DNA of 42,322 nt from Nanobdellota archaeon (GTDB lineage: Archaea; Nanobdellota; Nanobdellia; Woesearchaeales; JAHJEM01), in NCBI GenBank assembly GCA_043805315.1, contig JAZDID010000098.1, positions 1 through 42,322 of the forward strand, in the 5' to 3' direction. The notes under the pieces were generated by a model. The model had not been told where the DNA came from, did not search any database, and saw only the letters and a list, made by a program, of their open reading frames with translations. Shown piece after piece: positions 14,797-22,482 of the stretch. The translations under genes and the position numbers were made by a program. Within the stretch, counting starts at the first letter, position 1, and each line of letters starts with the position of its first letter.

Positions 14797-14982
14797 ATGA
14801 AACACGAGCACCAGGCCTGCATAGGAGGCTGGCTAGAGATAACCAGCGCAACAAACACAGACCTCGTACACCTGAAAGGGAAGATCATCAAGGACACCAT
14901 GCACACATTCGTCATCATGACAGCAGACAACAAGAGAAAAACCATCCTCAAGAACGCATGCACCTGCAGGATCACCGCGTGA
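14797..14982 (+). CDS. rnp1: RNase P protein component 1 (Rpp29/Pop4), minimal form
   Basis: 61 aa. It sits in the canonical slot between SUI1 and S17. The core GWLEITSATNTDLVHLKGKIIKDTMHTFVIMTADNKRKTILK resembles the Rpp29 barrel (G..g.VvdET.nt..i). Confidence 0.7.
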   Translation: MKHEHQACIGGWLEITSATNTDLVHLKGKIIKDTMHTFVIMTADNKRKTILKNACTCRITA

Positions 14983-15019
14983 ACAATCACCGCCTGAAAA
15001 CCATTGCTGGAGAACGCAC

Positions 15020-15343
15020 ATGAAAAAAACCATCGGATTCGAGATCAAGAGCCCGGAAAAAAAATGCACTGACAAGAACTGCCCTTTCCATGGCACGCTC
15101 CCTGTGCACGGCAGGCAATTCACCGGCAGCATCATCAGCGACAAGATGCACAAGACCGTCACAGTCCATTGGGAGAGGAGAAAATACATCACAAAATTCG
15201 AACGATACGAGAAGAGGCAATCAACGGTCAAAGCGCACAACCCTCCCTGCCTCAACGCGAAGAAAGGAGACAAAGTCATCATCATGGAGACCAGGCCGCT
15301 CTCAAAGACAAAAAACTTCACTGTCATCCAGATCCTTAGCTAA
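15020..15343 (+). CDS. rps17: Ribosomal protein uS17
   Basis: 107 aa with CPFHGTLPVHGRQFTGSIISDKMHKTVTV and a ...RPLSKTKNFTV C-terminal region. Confidence 0.93.
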   Translation: MKKTIGFEIKSPEKKCTDKNCPFHGTLPVHGRQFTGSIISDKMHKTVTVHWERRKYITKFERYEKRQSTVKAHNPPCLNAKKGDKVIIMETRPLSKTKNFTVIQILS

Positions 15344-15360
15344 CTCGAGGAATATCCACC

Positions 15361-15762
15361 ATGAAAGCAATCAAAGCACGCATCACCCGCGGACTGCCCT
15401 TGGGCGCGTGGGTCGAAACCTGTGATAACTCAGGTGCAAAGATCATCAAGATCACCGCAGTCAAAGGCCACAAGACTGCGCATGGCAGGAACCCTTCGGC
15501 AGGCATCGCTGACCTCGTCATGGCATCTGTGAAAAAAGGCAAGCCTGAGATGCGAAAGCAGGTGGTGTTTGCCATCATCGTCAGGCAGAAGAAAGAGTTC
15601 CGCAGGCCAGACGGCACCCGCATCAAGTTTGAGGACAACGCAGCAGTCATTCTCAAAGATGACAAGGGCAATCCCAAAGGGACCATCTTAAAGGGTCCGA
15701 TCGCGAAAGAGGCCTGCGCACGATGGCCGCTGGTCGCAAAAATTGCAAGCAATATCGTCTAA
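15361..15762 (+). CDS. rpl14: Ribosomal protein uL14
   Basis: 133 aa with CDNSGAKIIKI and the uL14 fold, supported by synteny. Confidence 0.93.
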   Translation: MKAIKARITRGLPLGAWVETCDNSGAKIIKITAVKGHKTAHGRNPSAGIADLVMASVKKGKPEMRKQVVFAIIVRQKKEFRRPDGTRIKFEDNAAVILKDDKGNPKGTILKGPIAKEACARWPLVAKIASNIV

Positions 15763-15778
15763 TGCATCCGAGGAACCC

Positions 15779-16186
15779 ATGAACAAGAAATTTTCCCCAC
15801 ACTGGAAGGCGAGCAGCCAACCGAGAAAGCAGCGAAAATACAGGCATCACGCTCCTCTGCACGTGAAGAAAAAATTCCTGAGCAGCCATCTCTCTAAGGA
15901 ACTCCGCAAGAAATACCGGACCAGGAACCTCAAGGTACGGACAGGAGACAGGGTCAGGATCCAGAGAGGGCAGTTCAAAGGAAAAGAGGGGAAGATCGAA
16001 GAGGTTGACGCCAAGAAATCCAAGGTGTACATCGCAAAAGTCGAGACAACAAAAAAGGACGGATCAAAGACCCGCATACCTGTCAACCCCTCAAACCTCC
16101 TGGTCCTCGAACTCAACCTCGATGACAAGAAGCGGGCAGGAAAGCTCAAGCAGTTAGAAGAAGGAACGGTGAAGACGCATGGTTAG
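15779..16186 (+). CDS. rpl24: Ribosomal protein uL24
   Basis: The start is ATG 15779 (MNKKFSPHWKASSQPRKQRK). The KOW motif is GDRVRIQRGQFKGKEGKI. The track start at 15743 overlaps rpl14. Confidence 0.92.
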   Translation: MNKKFSPHWKASSQPRKQRKYRHHAPLHVKKKFLSSHLSKELRKKYRTRNLKVRTGDRVRIQRGQFKGKEGKIEEVDAKKSKVYIAKVETTKKDGSKTRIPVNPSNLLVLELNLDDKKRAGKLKQLEEGTVKTHG

Positions 16187-17030
16187 GAATCATCTCAAAC
16201 GGCTTAATGCACCCGCAAGCTGGGACATCCCCCGAAAGAAGACAGTCTTTGTCACGAGGCCTGCACCAGGCCCGCACCAGAGAGAATTCAGCATCCCGCT
16301 CAGCAACCTCCTCAAGGAAAACCTCAAGCTCTTCCCCACGCTGAAACTGCTCAAGCACGCCATCAACAACAAGCAGGTCCTCATCGACAAGAAAACAGCG
16401 CATAACCAAAAAGCCGCTCCAGGACTCATGGACACGCTCTCCTTCCCCTCGATCCACAAGCACTACCGGATGACGGTGAGCAGGAAGGGAAAACTCGGGC
16501 TCATTGAGATCCCTGAGAAGGAATCCGCACTCAAGATTGTCAAGATCATCAACAAACATGTGCTGGGCAAAAACAAGCTGCAGCTCAACCTCTCTGACGG
16601 CAGAAACATCCTCACAGGAGAAAAGGGCCATGCAACCGGAGACAGCCTGCTCCTTGAACTGCCTGGCCAGAAGATCATCGAGCATTTTCCCCTTGCAGTC
16701 GGCAGCCAGATTTTTGTCTTCAAGGGAAAACATACTGGACTGGACGGGACTATCAAAGAAATCAGACAAGACACTGTCATCTTCACCCACAACAGGGAGG
16801 AAGATGAGACCAAAAAGGAATTCATCTTTGTGACCGGAAAGACCGGGCATGCGGTAACGCTCATGAACAAGGCATCCATCTCCAAAGAACCCCTCTCCAA
16901 AGAACCCTTCCCCCCTCATGACATCCCGAAGCAGGAAAAGGAAAAGACACCAGAAGAAAAGCCAAGAGAAAAGGAAAACAAAGACAAAGAAGAACAGCCA
17001 AGAAAATCAAGGAAAAACCCGCAACCATAA
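16179..17030 (+). CDS. rps4e: Ribosomal protein eS4 with Lys/Glu/Pro-rich tail
   Basis: 283 aa. The N-terminus is MVRNHLKRLNAPASWDIPRK. It overlaps rpl24 by 8 nt. The tail is PKQEKEKTPEEKPREKENKDKEEQPRKSRKNPQP. Confidence 0.93.
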   Translation: MVRNHLKRLNAPASWDIPRKKTVFVTRPAPGPHQREFSIPLSNLLKENLKLFPTLKLLKHAINNKQVLIDKKTAHNQKAAPGLMDTLSFPSIHKHYRMTVSRKGKLGLIEIPEKESALKIVKIINKHVLGKNKLQLNLSDGRNILTGEKGHATGDSLLLELPGQKIIEHFPLAVGSQIFVFKGKHTGLDGTIKEIRQDTVIFTHNREEDETKKEFIFVTGKTGHAVTLMNKASISKEPLSKEPFPPHDIPKQEKEKTPEEKPREKENKDKEEQPRKSRKNPQP

Positions 17031-17033
17031 ACC

Positions 17034-17552
17034 ATGAACCCGATGCGGCAGATCAGGATAGAGAAACTCACCCTCAATATCGGCGCAGGGAAAGAGCAGT
17101 CCATCCTCACAAAAGGCATGAAGCTGCTTGAGCAGATCACTGAGATCCCTCCGGTCAAAACTATTACAAACAAGCGTATCGCCGCCTGGGGATTGCGGCC
17201 AGGATTGCCCATCGGCTGCAAGATAACTCTGCGCGGGAAAAAGGCGCAGGAGATCTTCTCACGCCTTGTCGGAGCCAAAGAGAACATATTGCAGCTTTCC
17301 AATTTTGACAATTACGGCAACATCTCATTCGGCATCCACGAGTATATCGACATCCCCCAGGTCAAGTACGACCCAGAGATAGGAATCATCGGGCTTCAGG
17401 TCTGCCTCACGCTTGAACGGCCGGGATTCAGAATCAAGAAGCGGAAAATCTCAAAAAGGAAGATCCGCCCCTCTCACAAGATCACCCAGCAGGACGCTAT
17501 CGAATACCTCAAGCAGGAGTTCCATGTCAAGATTGCAGAAGAGGCAAGCTAA
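17034..17552 (+). CDS. rpl5: Ribosomal protein uL5
   Basis: 172 aa with IRIEKLTLNIGAG and FGIHEYIDIP. Confidence 0.93.
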   Translation: MNPMRQIRIEKLTLNIGAGKEQSILTKGMKLLEQITEIPPVKTITNKRIAAWGLRPGLPIGCKITLRGKKAQEIFSRLVGAKENILQLSNFDNYGNISFGIHEYIDIPQVKYDPEIGIIGLQVCLTLERPGFRIKKRKISKRKIRPSHKITQQDAIEYLKQEFHVKIAEEAS

Positions 17553-17586
17553 ACAGACACGCTAAATTATCCTGACCACATGAAAA

Positions 17587-17817
17587 ATGACGACAACAGA
17601 CCATACCAAAGTCCTTAACCAGATCAGAGGAAAGCCTGCGAAGTACCAGAAATACCTCAAGTACAACACGCCCAGAAAAAGAACATTCGGCGAGTCGACG
17701 AAGAAATGCGTCCGCTGCGGAAGGACAGGCGGGCACATCAGCAAGTACGGCCTCAACCTCTGCAGGCAGTGCTTCAGAGAAGTCGCCTTGCATCTCGGCT
17801 TTAAAAAATTCAATTAA
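17587..17817 (+). CDS. rps14: Ribosomal protein uS14 (zinc type)
   Basis: 76 aa with [25 protein letters not shown]. Confidence 0.92.
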   Translation: MTTTDHTKVLNQIRGKPAKYQKYLKYNTPRKRTFGESTKKCVRCGRTGGHISKYGLNLCRQCFREVALHLGFKKFN

Positions 17818-17825
17818 GGTGTACC

Positions 17826-18218
17826 ATGTCACTCAACGATCCCTTGGCAAACGTGTTAAGCTCGGTCAAGAACTATGAAGACCTCGGCAAGAAGGAGCTC
17901 TCAGTCAGGAACAATTCTAAACTCATCAGGAAAGTCCTCAGCATCATGCAAGACAACAAGTACCTGGGCGCATATGAAGAGATACACGACGGCAAAGGCG
18001 GAATCCTCAAGATAAACCTCTTGGGAAACATCAACGACACCAAGGTCATCAAGCCGCGCTTTTCCGTCAAGATCACTGACTATGACAAGTTCGAAAAACG
18101 CTACCTGCTGGCAAAGGACTTTGGCATCATCATCGTGAGCACGCACAAGGGCATGATGACTCACATTGAAGCGAAGAAGCAGAAGCTCGGTGGCAGGCTC
18201 ATCTGCTACTGCTACTAA
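17826..18218 (+). CDS. rps8: Ribosomal protein uS8
   Basis: 130 aa. The N-terminus is MSLNDPLANVLSSVKNYE, with GIIIVSTHKGMMTH further on. Confidence 0.93.
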   Translation: MSLNDPLANVLSSVKNYEDLGKKELSVRNNSKLIRKVLSIMQDNKYLGAYEEIHDGKGGILKINLLGNINDTKVIKPRFSVKITDYDKFEKRYLLAKDFGIIIVSTHKGMMTHIEAKKQKLGGRLICYCY

Positions 18219-18225
18219 CGAAAAG

Positions 18226-18281
18226 ACCGTGAAGAGAAGACCATGAAGATTCAACCATGAAGAAAACACCATGAAGACGCA
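18226..18281 (+). repeat. 14-nt tandem repeat x4 (ACC[G/A]TGAAGANNNN) spanning the rps8-rpl6 spacer and the rpl6 start
   Basis: The units are ACCGTGAAGAGAAG, ACCATGAAGATTCA, ACCATGAAGAAAAC and ACCATGAAGACGCA. They create starts at 18229 (GTG), 18243, 18257 and 18271 (rpl6). Confidence 0.85.
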
Positions 18282-18825
18282 AGAAACTATCATCGAAACG
18301 CTCGACATTCCTGACAAGGTCAGGATCACCCAGAAGGAAAGCATGTTCGAGATCACCGGGACAAAGGGGACTGTTGCCATGCAGCTCCACACTCCACAGC
18401 TCGAGATACGGCCAGAAGGAAACAAACTCCTGTTCATCGTCAAAAAGAAATACACCCAGCGTGAGAAGAAGCTCATCTTCACCTACAAAGCCCACATCAA
18501 AAACGCCTGCAAGGGCGTGATCGAAGGCCACGTCTACAGGCTCAAAATCTGCTCAGGACACTTTCCCATGACAGTGGGGCTGAAAGGAAACACCTTTGAG
18601 GTCAAGAACTTCATCGGAGAGACCATACCGCGGACCATGCGGCTCCGTGAAGGGGTCAAGGTGGTAGTGAACGGCGACGAAGTGGTTGTGGAAGGCATCG
18701 ACCTTGCAAGAGTGTCCCAGACCGCTGCGGACATCGAACAGCTGACGAAAAGGCCTGGCTATGACAAGCGGATATTCATGGACGGCATCTGGATCACAGA
18801 AAAAGACGGAGAACAGCTCGGATGA
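18271..18825 (+). CDS. rpl6: Ribosomal protein uL6
   Basis: 184 aa with a two-domain uL6 pattern, supported by synteny. The start is the fourth repeat unit's ATG; the two preceding ATGs each hit TGA after 5 codons. Confidence 0.92.
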   Translation: MKTQETIIETLDIPDKVRITQKESMFEITGTKGTVAMQLHTPQLEIRPEGNKLLFIVKKKYTQREKKLIFTYKAHIKNACKGVIEGHVYRLKICSGHFPMTVGLKGNTFEVKNFIGETIPRTMRLREGVKVVVNGDEVVVEGIDLARVSQTAADIEQLTKRPGYDKRIFMDGIWITEKDGEQLG

Positions 18826-19424
18826 AACAACTCTTAGCAGAGAGGAACCGGAAGAAGCTCAGACAGCCAAGGTTCACCAGGCAGGACGCGCACAAGAAGA
18901 AAAAGCTTGCCAAGGTATGGCGCAGGCCGAAAGGCTACCACAACAAGATGCGCCGGCACGTCCGGGGCTATCGCCGTGTGATCAAGGTCGGATGGGGCTC
19001 TCCCCAGGAAGTCAAGCACACAGACCAGGACGGCAAAAAGATTCTCCTTATCACTGGACCTGCAGACCTCCAGCACGCGGGGAAAGAGCACGCGCTCATC
19101 ATCTCGAAGAGGATCGGAAAGAAGAAAAAGCTCGCCTTGCTCCGAGAGATTAAGCAGAAAGGGCTCACGGTGTACAACATCACCATCGACGAGTACCTCA
19201 CGAAAGCTGAAAAGGAAATCCAAGAGAAAAAGCAGCTCAAGGAAGCGCAGCAGAAAGAAAAGGAGAAGAAGAAGGAGGAGAAAGCGCAGAAGGAGAAAAA
19301 GTCGATCGAAGAGAAGGTAGAGAAAGAGAAAACACCTGCAACACCTGCAAACCTGCAGACCGAGGAAGAGAAAAAGAAAAAAGAAAAGGAAGAAAAGGAC
19401 AAGGTGCTCACCAAACGCGAATAA
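18822..19424 (+). CDS. rpl32e: Ribosomal protein eL32 with ~85-aa Lys/Glu tail
   Basis: 200 aa. The core is RFTRQDAHKKKKLAKVWRRPKGYHNKMR. It has an ATGA overlap with rpl6. The tail includes QEKKQLKEAQQKEKEKKKEEKAQKEKKSIEEKVEKEK ... EEEKKKKEKEEKDK. Confidence 0.92.
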   Translation: MKQLLAERNRKKLRQPRFTRQDAHKKKKLAKVWRRPKGYHNKMRRHVRGYRRVIKVGWGSPQEVKHTDQDGKKILLITGPADLQHAGKEHALIISKRIGKKKKLALLREIKQKGLTVYNITIDEYLTKAEKEIQEKKQLKEAQQKEKEKKKEEKAQKEKKSIEEKVEKEKTPATPANLQTEEEKKKKEKEEKDKVLTKRE

Positions 19425-19455
19425 TCCCTGATCAAAATCACGAGAAAAAACAACG

Positions 19456-19914
19456 ATGAAACTCAAAGTCCAGAAGAAACTCGCAGCCTCCTTATTGGGC
19501 TGCTCACGGAAGCGGATCAGGTTCGACCCGGCACGTCTTGACGAGATTAAGGAGGCCATCACCAAGACAGACATCAGGGGGCTCATCGCAGACCGTATGA
19601 TTTGGAAGAAACAGGAAAAAGGAGTGTCCCGGGTGCGGGCGCGGAAGATCCTGCGGCAGAAACGGAAAGGCCTGCAGAAATCTGCCGGGAGCAGGAAAGG
19701 GAGCGCGAACGCGCGCGCGCCAGAAAAGCTCGCGTGGATGCGGAAGATCAGGATCCAAAGAGCTTTTCTCAAGGAGCTCAAGCAGAAAAAGCTCATCACC
19801 ACGATAACATTCACCCACCTCTACAGGAAAGCCAAAGGAGGCTTTTTCAGGAGTGTCCGGCACATCAAGATCTACCTGGAGGAAAACAAGCTTGTCCAAC
19901 AAGCAAAGAAATAA
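19456..19914 (+). CDS. rpl19e: Ribosomal protein eL19
   Basis: 152 aa starting MKLKVQKKLAASLLGCSRKRIRFDP. Confidence 0.92.
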   Translation: MKLKVQKKLAASLLGCSRKRIRFDPARLDEIKEAITKTDIRGLIADRMIWKKQEKGVSRVRARKILRQKRKGLQKSAGSRKGSANARAPEKLAWMRKIRIQRAFLKELKQKKLITTITFTHLYRKAKGGFFRSVRHIKIYLEENKLVQQAKK

Positions 19915-19917
19915 ACC

Positions 19918-20475
19918 ATGAACAGACTCACCTTTGTCCAACACCGGAGAAAACGCGAAGGCAAGACCAACTACAAGAAACGCCTCACGCTCTTGAAGAG
20001 CCGGAAACCACGGCTCGTCATCAGAAAGACGAACAAGAGCATCATTGCCCAGGTCGTCGAATACCTGCCGAGCGGAGACCACATCATCTGCGGAATCAAC
20101 TCGGGCTGCCTGCGCAAGGAGGGCTGGCAGTATTCGACAAAGAACATACCTGCCTGCTATCTCACCGGCATCATGCTCGCAAAGAAGCTAAAGGAAAAAC
20201 CTGCAAAAAAAGAAAAAGGCGAAGAGCAAGAATTGATCCTTGACATCGGCCTTCAAACCTCTGTGAAAGGGTCACGCATCTATGCAGTTGTCAAAGGCAT
20301 GATCGACAACAACGTAACCGTCCTCTGCGCTGCAGAAGTGTTTCCCAACCCTGAACGGATACAGGGAAAGCACATCCTCACGTACCACAGCACGAACAAA
20401 GAACAGCACAGCACCAAAGACATGAACGCATTCGAGAGCACATTCAACCAGATCCTGAAAAAATTCACAGCATGA
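19918..20475 (+). CDS. rpl18: Ribosomal protein uL18
   Basis: 185 aa with RRKREGKTNYKKRLTLLKS ... PRLVIRKTNKSIIAQV. Confidence 0.92.
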   Translation: MNRLTFVQHRRKREGKTNYKKRLTLLKSRKPRLVIRKTNKSIIAQVVEYLPSGDHIICGINSGCLRKEGWQYSTKNIPACYLTGIMLAKKLKEKPAKKEKGEEQELILDIGLQTSVKGSRIYAVVKGMIDNNVTVLCAAEVFPNPERIQGKHILTYHSTNKEQHSTKDMNAFESTFNQILKKFTA

Positions 20476-20494
20476 ACTGCACGACAGAGCAAAA

Positions 20495-21313
20495 ATGGAA
20501 CAAAAAACACAGGCAATCGAGTGGCAGCCGAAAACAGCGCTCGGAAGGAAAGTGAAGAACAAGGAGATCGTCAACATTGATGAGATCCTTGACGCAGGAA
20601 GGGCAATCCTTGAAGAGCAGATCACCGACAACCTCCTGTCCCTGGACTCTGAGCTCCTGCTCATCGGGCAGTCCAAGGGAAAATTCGGCGGAGGCCAGCG
20701 ACGGGTGTTCCGGCAGACACAGAAAAAGACACAGGAAGGGAACAAGCCAAAATTCTCCACCATGGCTGTCGTGGGCGACAGGAATGGCCACATCGGCATC
20801 GGATTCGGAAAATCAAAAGACACTGTCCCTGCACGGGAAAAAGCCCTGCGCCAGGGAAAGCTCAACATCATGAAGATCAGAAGGGGCTGCGGCAGCTGGC
20901 AATGCAACTGCGGCACGAGCCACAGCATCCCGTTCAGCGTGACCGGGAAATGCGGATCAGTCATCCTCAAGCTCATGCCTGCACCAAAAGGAAAAGGGCT
21001 CTGCATCGAAACCGAGTGCGCAAAGATCCTCAGCCTCGCAGGCATCCAGGACATCTGGTCAAAGAGCCAAGGCCAGACCAAAAACAGGATCAACATGATC
21101 ACGGCACTCGAAAAAGCGCTGCTGAAACTCTCACAAATAAAAATACAGCCAGATCACCTGAAAATGCTTTCCATCGTCGAAGGATCCCAGATACAGGAAA
21201 AGCAAACAGGAGAGGCAGCTGCGGCAGCAGAGCCTGCTCGTGGCAGAGATACCCGCAGCCCTCGTCACCAGGAAAGGAAAGGCGGGCAAAAAAGGAATAG
21301 GAAAAGGCAATGA
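20495..21313 (+). CDS. rps5: Ribosomal protein uS5 with basic C-terminal tail
   Basis: 272 aa with VVGDRNGHIGIGFGKSKD and GSVILKLMPAPKGKGL. The tail ends RSPRHQERKGGQKRNRKRQ. Confidence 0.92.
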   Translation: MEQKTQAIEWQPKTALGRKVKNKEIVNIDEILDAGRAILEEQITDNLLSLDSELLLIGQSKGKFGGGQRRVFRQTQKKTQEGNKPKFSTMAVVGDRNGHIGIGFGKSKDTVPAREKALRQGKLNIMKIRRGCGSWQCNCGTSHSIPFSVTGKCGSVILKLMPAPKGKGLCIETECAKILSLAGIQDIWSKSQGQTKNRINMITALEKALLKLSQIKIQPDHLKMLSIVEGSQIQEKQTGEAAAAAEPARGRDTRSPRHQERKGGQKRNRKRQ

Positions 21314-21392
21314 GGAGAATATAAAACTCTGAACAAAAAACAAGAAACTGCACTATACCATTCGAAAAAATCATTCGATAAAATAATACTGA

Positions 21393-21848
21393 ATGCGAGT
21401 CATCATGGAAATCAAGAAAACAGAGCAGAAGACCGAGCAGAGAACAGAGCAGAGAACAGAGCAGAAGACAGCGCAAAGATATGCTGCAATCCTGATCAGG
21501 CTTGGCGGAGGGATTCGCGGAGAGATCAAAGACACACTCTTCATGCTCAGATTGCGGAAAAAGAACTGCTGTGTTATCGTGGATGAAAGCACGACTGGCC
21601 TTGGCATGCTCAGGAAATGCAAGGACTTCATAACATATGGCGAAATCGACGCTGAGACAGAAGCGTTCCTGAAGGAAAAACGCGGCATCCCAGATCCAGC
21701 CAACAAAGGACACCTTAAACAGTATTTCCTGCTCCACCCCCCGCGAGGTGGCTTTGGCAGGAAAGGCATCAAAGTGCCATTCACAAAAGGAGGCGCGCTC
21801 GGCTACAGGAAAACAGCCATCAACGCGCTCATACGCAGGATGATCTAA
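21393..21848 (+). CDS. rpl30: Ribosomal protein uL30 with N-terminal (TEQ[K/R])n repeat
   Basis: 151 aa (the alternative ATG at 21405 gives MEIKK...). The core is AAILIRLGGGIRGEIKDTLFMLRLRKKN ... GALGYRKTAINALIRRM. Confidence 0.9.
   Translation: MRVIMEIKKTEQKTEQRTEQRTEQKTAQRYAAILIRLGGGIRGEIKDTLFMLRLRKKNCCVIVDESTTGLGMLRKCKDFITYGEIDAETEAFLKEKRGIPDPANKGHLKQYFLLHPPRGGFGRKGIKVPFTKGGALGYRKTAINALIRRMI
21420..21479 (+). repeat. 12-nt in-frame tandem repeat x5 (ACAGAGCAGAAG-like) inside rpl30
   Basis: The units are ACAGAGCAGAAG, ACCGAGCAGAGA, ACAGAGCAGAGA, ACAGAGCAGAAG and ACAGCGCAAAGA. They encode TEQKTEQRTEQRTEQKTAQR. Confidence 0.85.
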
Positions 21849-21849
21849 G

Positions 21850-22443
21850 ATGAAATACCGAAGAAAAAAGAATGTCAGGCTCCGCGGCTCAAAGACCCAT
21901 GCCTGGGGTGCCATGAAAAAGCACCGGGGAGCAGGCCACCGCGGAGGAAGAGGACGGGCAGGATCAGGAAAACGTGCAGACCAGAAAAAACCCAGCTATT
22001 GGAAAGAGAAGAACTGGGAAGGCAAGCACGGGTTCACCTCAAAATCACGCGCACACGTCTCTGCCATCAACATCAAAGACCTTGACCAGACCGCAGAAAA
22101 GCTCGCCAAGGAACAGATGATACAGAAAGCAGAAAACACCTATACTATCAACCTGAAAGAGCTCGGCTATACAACCCTGCTCGGAACAGGCAGCACGGCC
22201 AAGAAATTCATCATCACTGCAGAGCACGCATCCCGGGGAGCCAGAGAAAAAATAAAAGCTGCTGGCGGCGATATTCTCGGGCTCAAGCCAAGAAAACAGA
22301 AAAAAATAAAAGGCAAAGCGCACGAAGAAAAAGAACACAAAGAACAAAAGGAACAAAAGGGACAAAAGAAACAAGAAGAAATAAAGGAACAAAAGGAACA
22401 AAAGGAACAAACAGCAGCAGAGCAAAAAACAGCAGCGCAATAA
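21850..22443 (+). CDS. rpl15: Ribosomal protein uL15 with Lys/Glu/Gln repeat tail
   Basis: 197 aa with RRKKNVRLRGSKTHAWG and GGRGRAGSGKR. The tail is KAHEEKEHKEQKEQKGQKKQEEIKEQKEQKEQTAAEQKTAAQ. Confidence 0.92.
   Translation: MKYRRKKNVRLRGSKTHAWGAMKKHRGAGHRGGRGRAGSGKRADQKKPSYWKEKNWEGKHGFTSKSRAHVSAINIKDLDQTAEKLAKEQMIQKAENTYTINLKELGYTTLLGTGSTAKKFIITAEHASRGAREKIKAAGGDILGLKPRKQKKIKGKAHEEKEHKEQKEQKGQKKQEEIKEQKEQKEQTAAEQKTAAQ
22333..22413 (+). repeat. 9-nt in-frame repeat family (GAACAAAAG) inside the rpl15 tail
   Basis: GAACAAAAG occurs at 22342, 22351, 22387 and 22396. Variants are GGACAAAAG at 22360 and GAACAAACA at 22405. Confidence 0.75.
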
Positions 22444-22482
22444 GACAATAAGAACTTGATGAAAATCACCTGTTGAGAACCC

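Noticed and set aside
18834-19814. Very long antisense ORFs across the ribosomal operon. They are 18834-19814 (326 aa), 16146-16919 (257 aa), 20272-21102 (276 aa), 21099-21914 (271 aa), 9499-10191 (230 aa), 13337-13936 (199 aa) and 19504-20082 (192 aa), all on the minus strand.
   Set aside because: The opposite strand encodes unmistakable r-proteins in canonical order. The antisense products are low-complexity (F/L/S/C-rich mirror images of K/E-rich coding sequence). They lack start contexts and promoters, and they arise because purine-rich AAG/GAA coding sequence has few stops in antisense frames.
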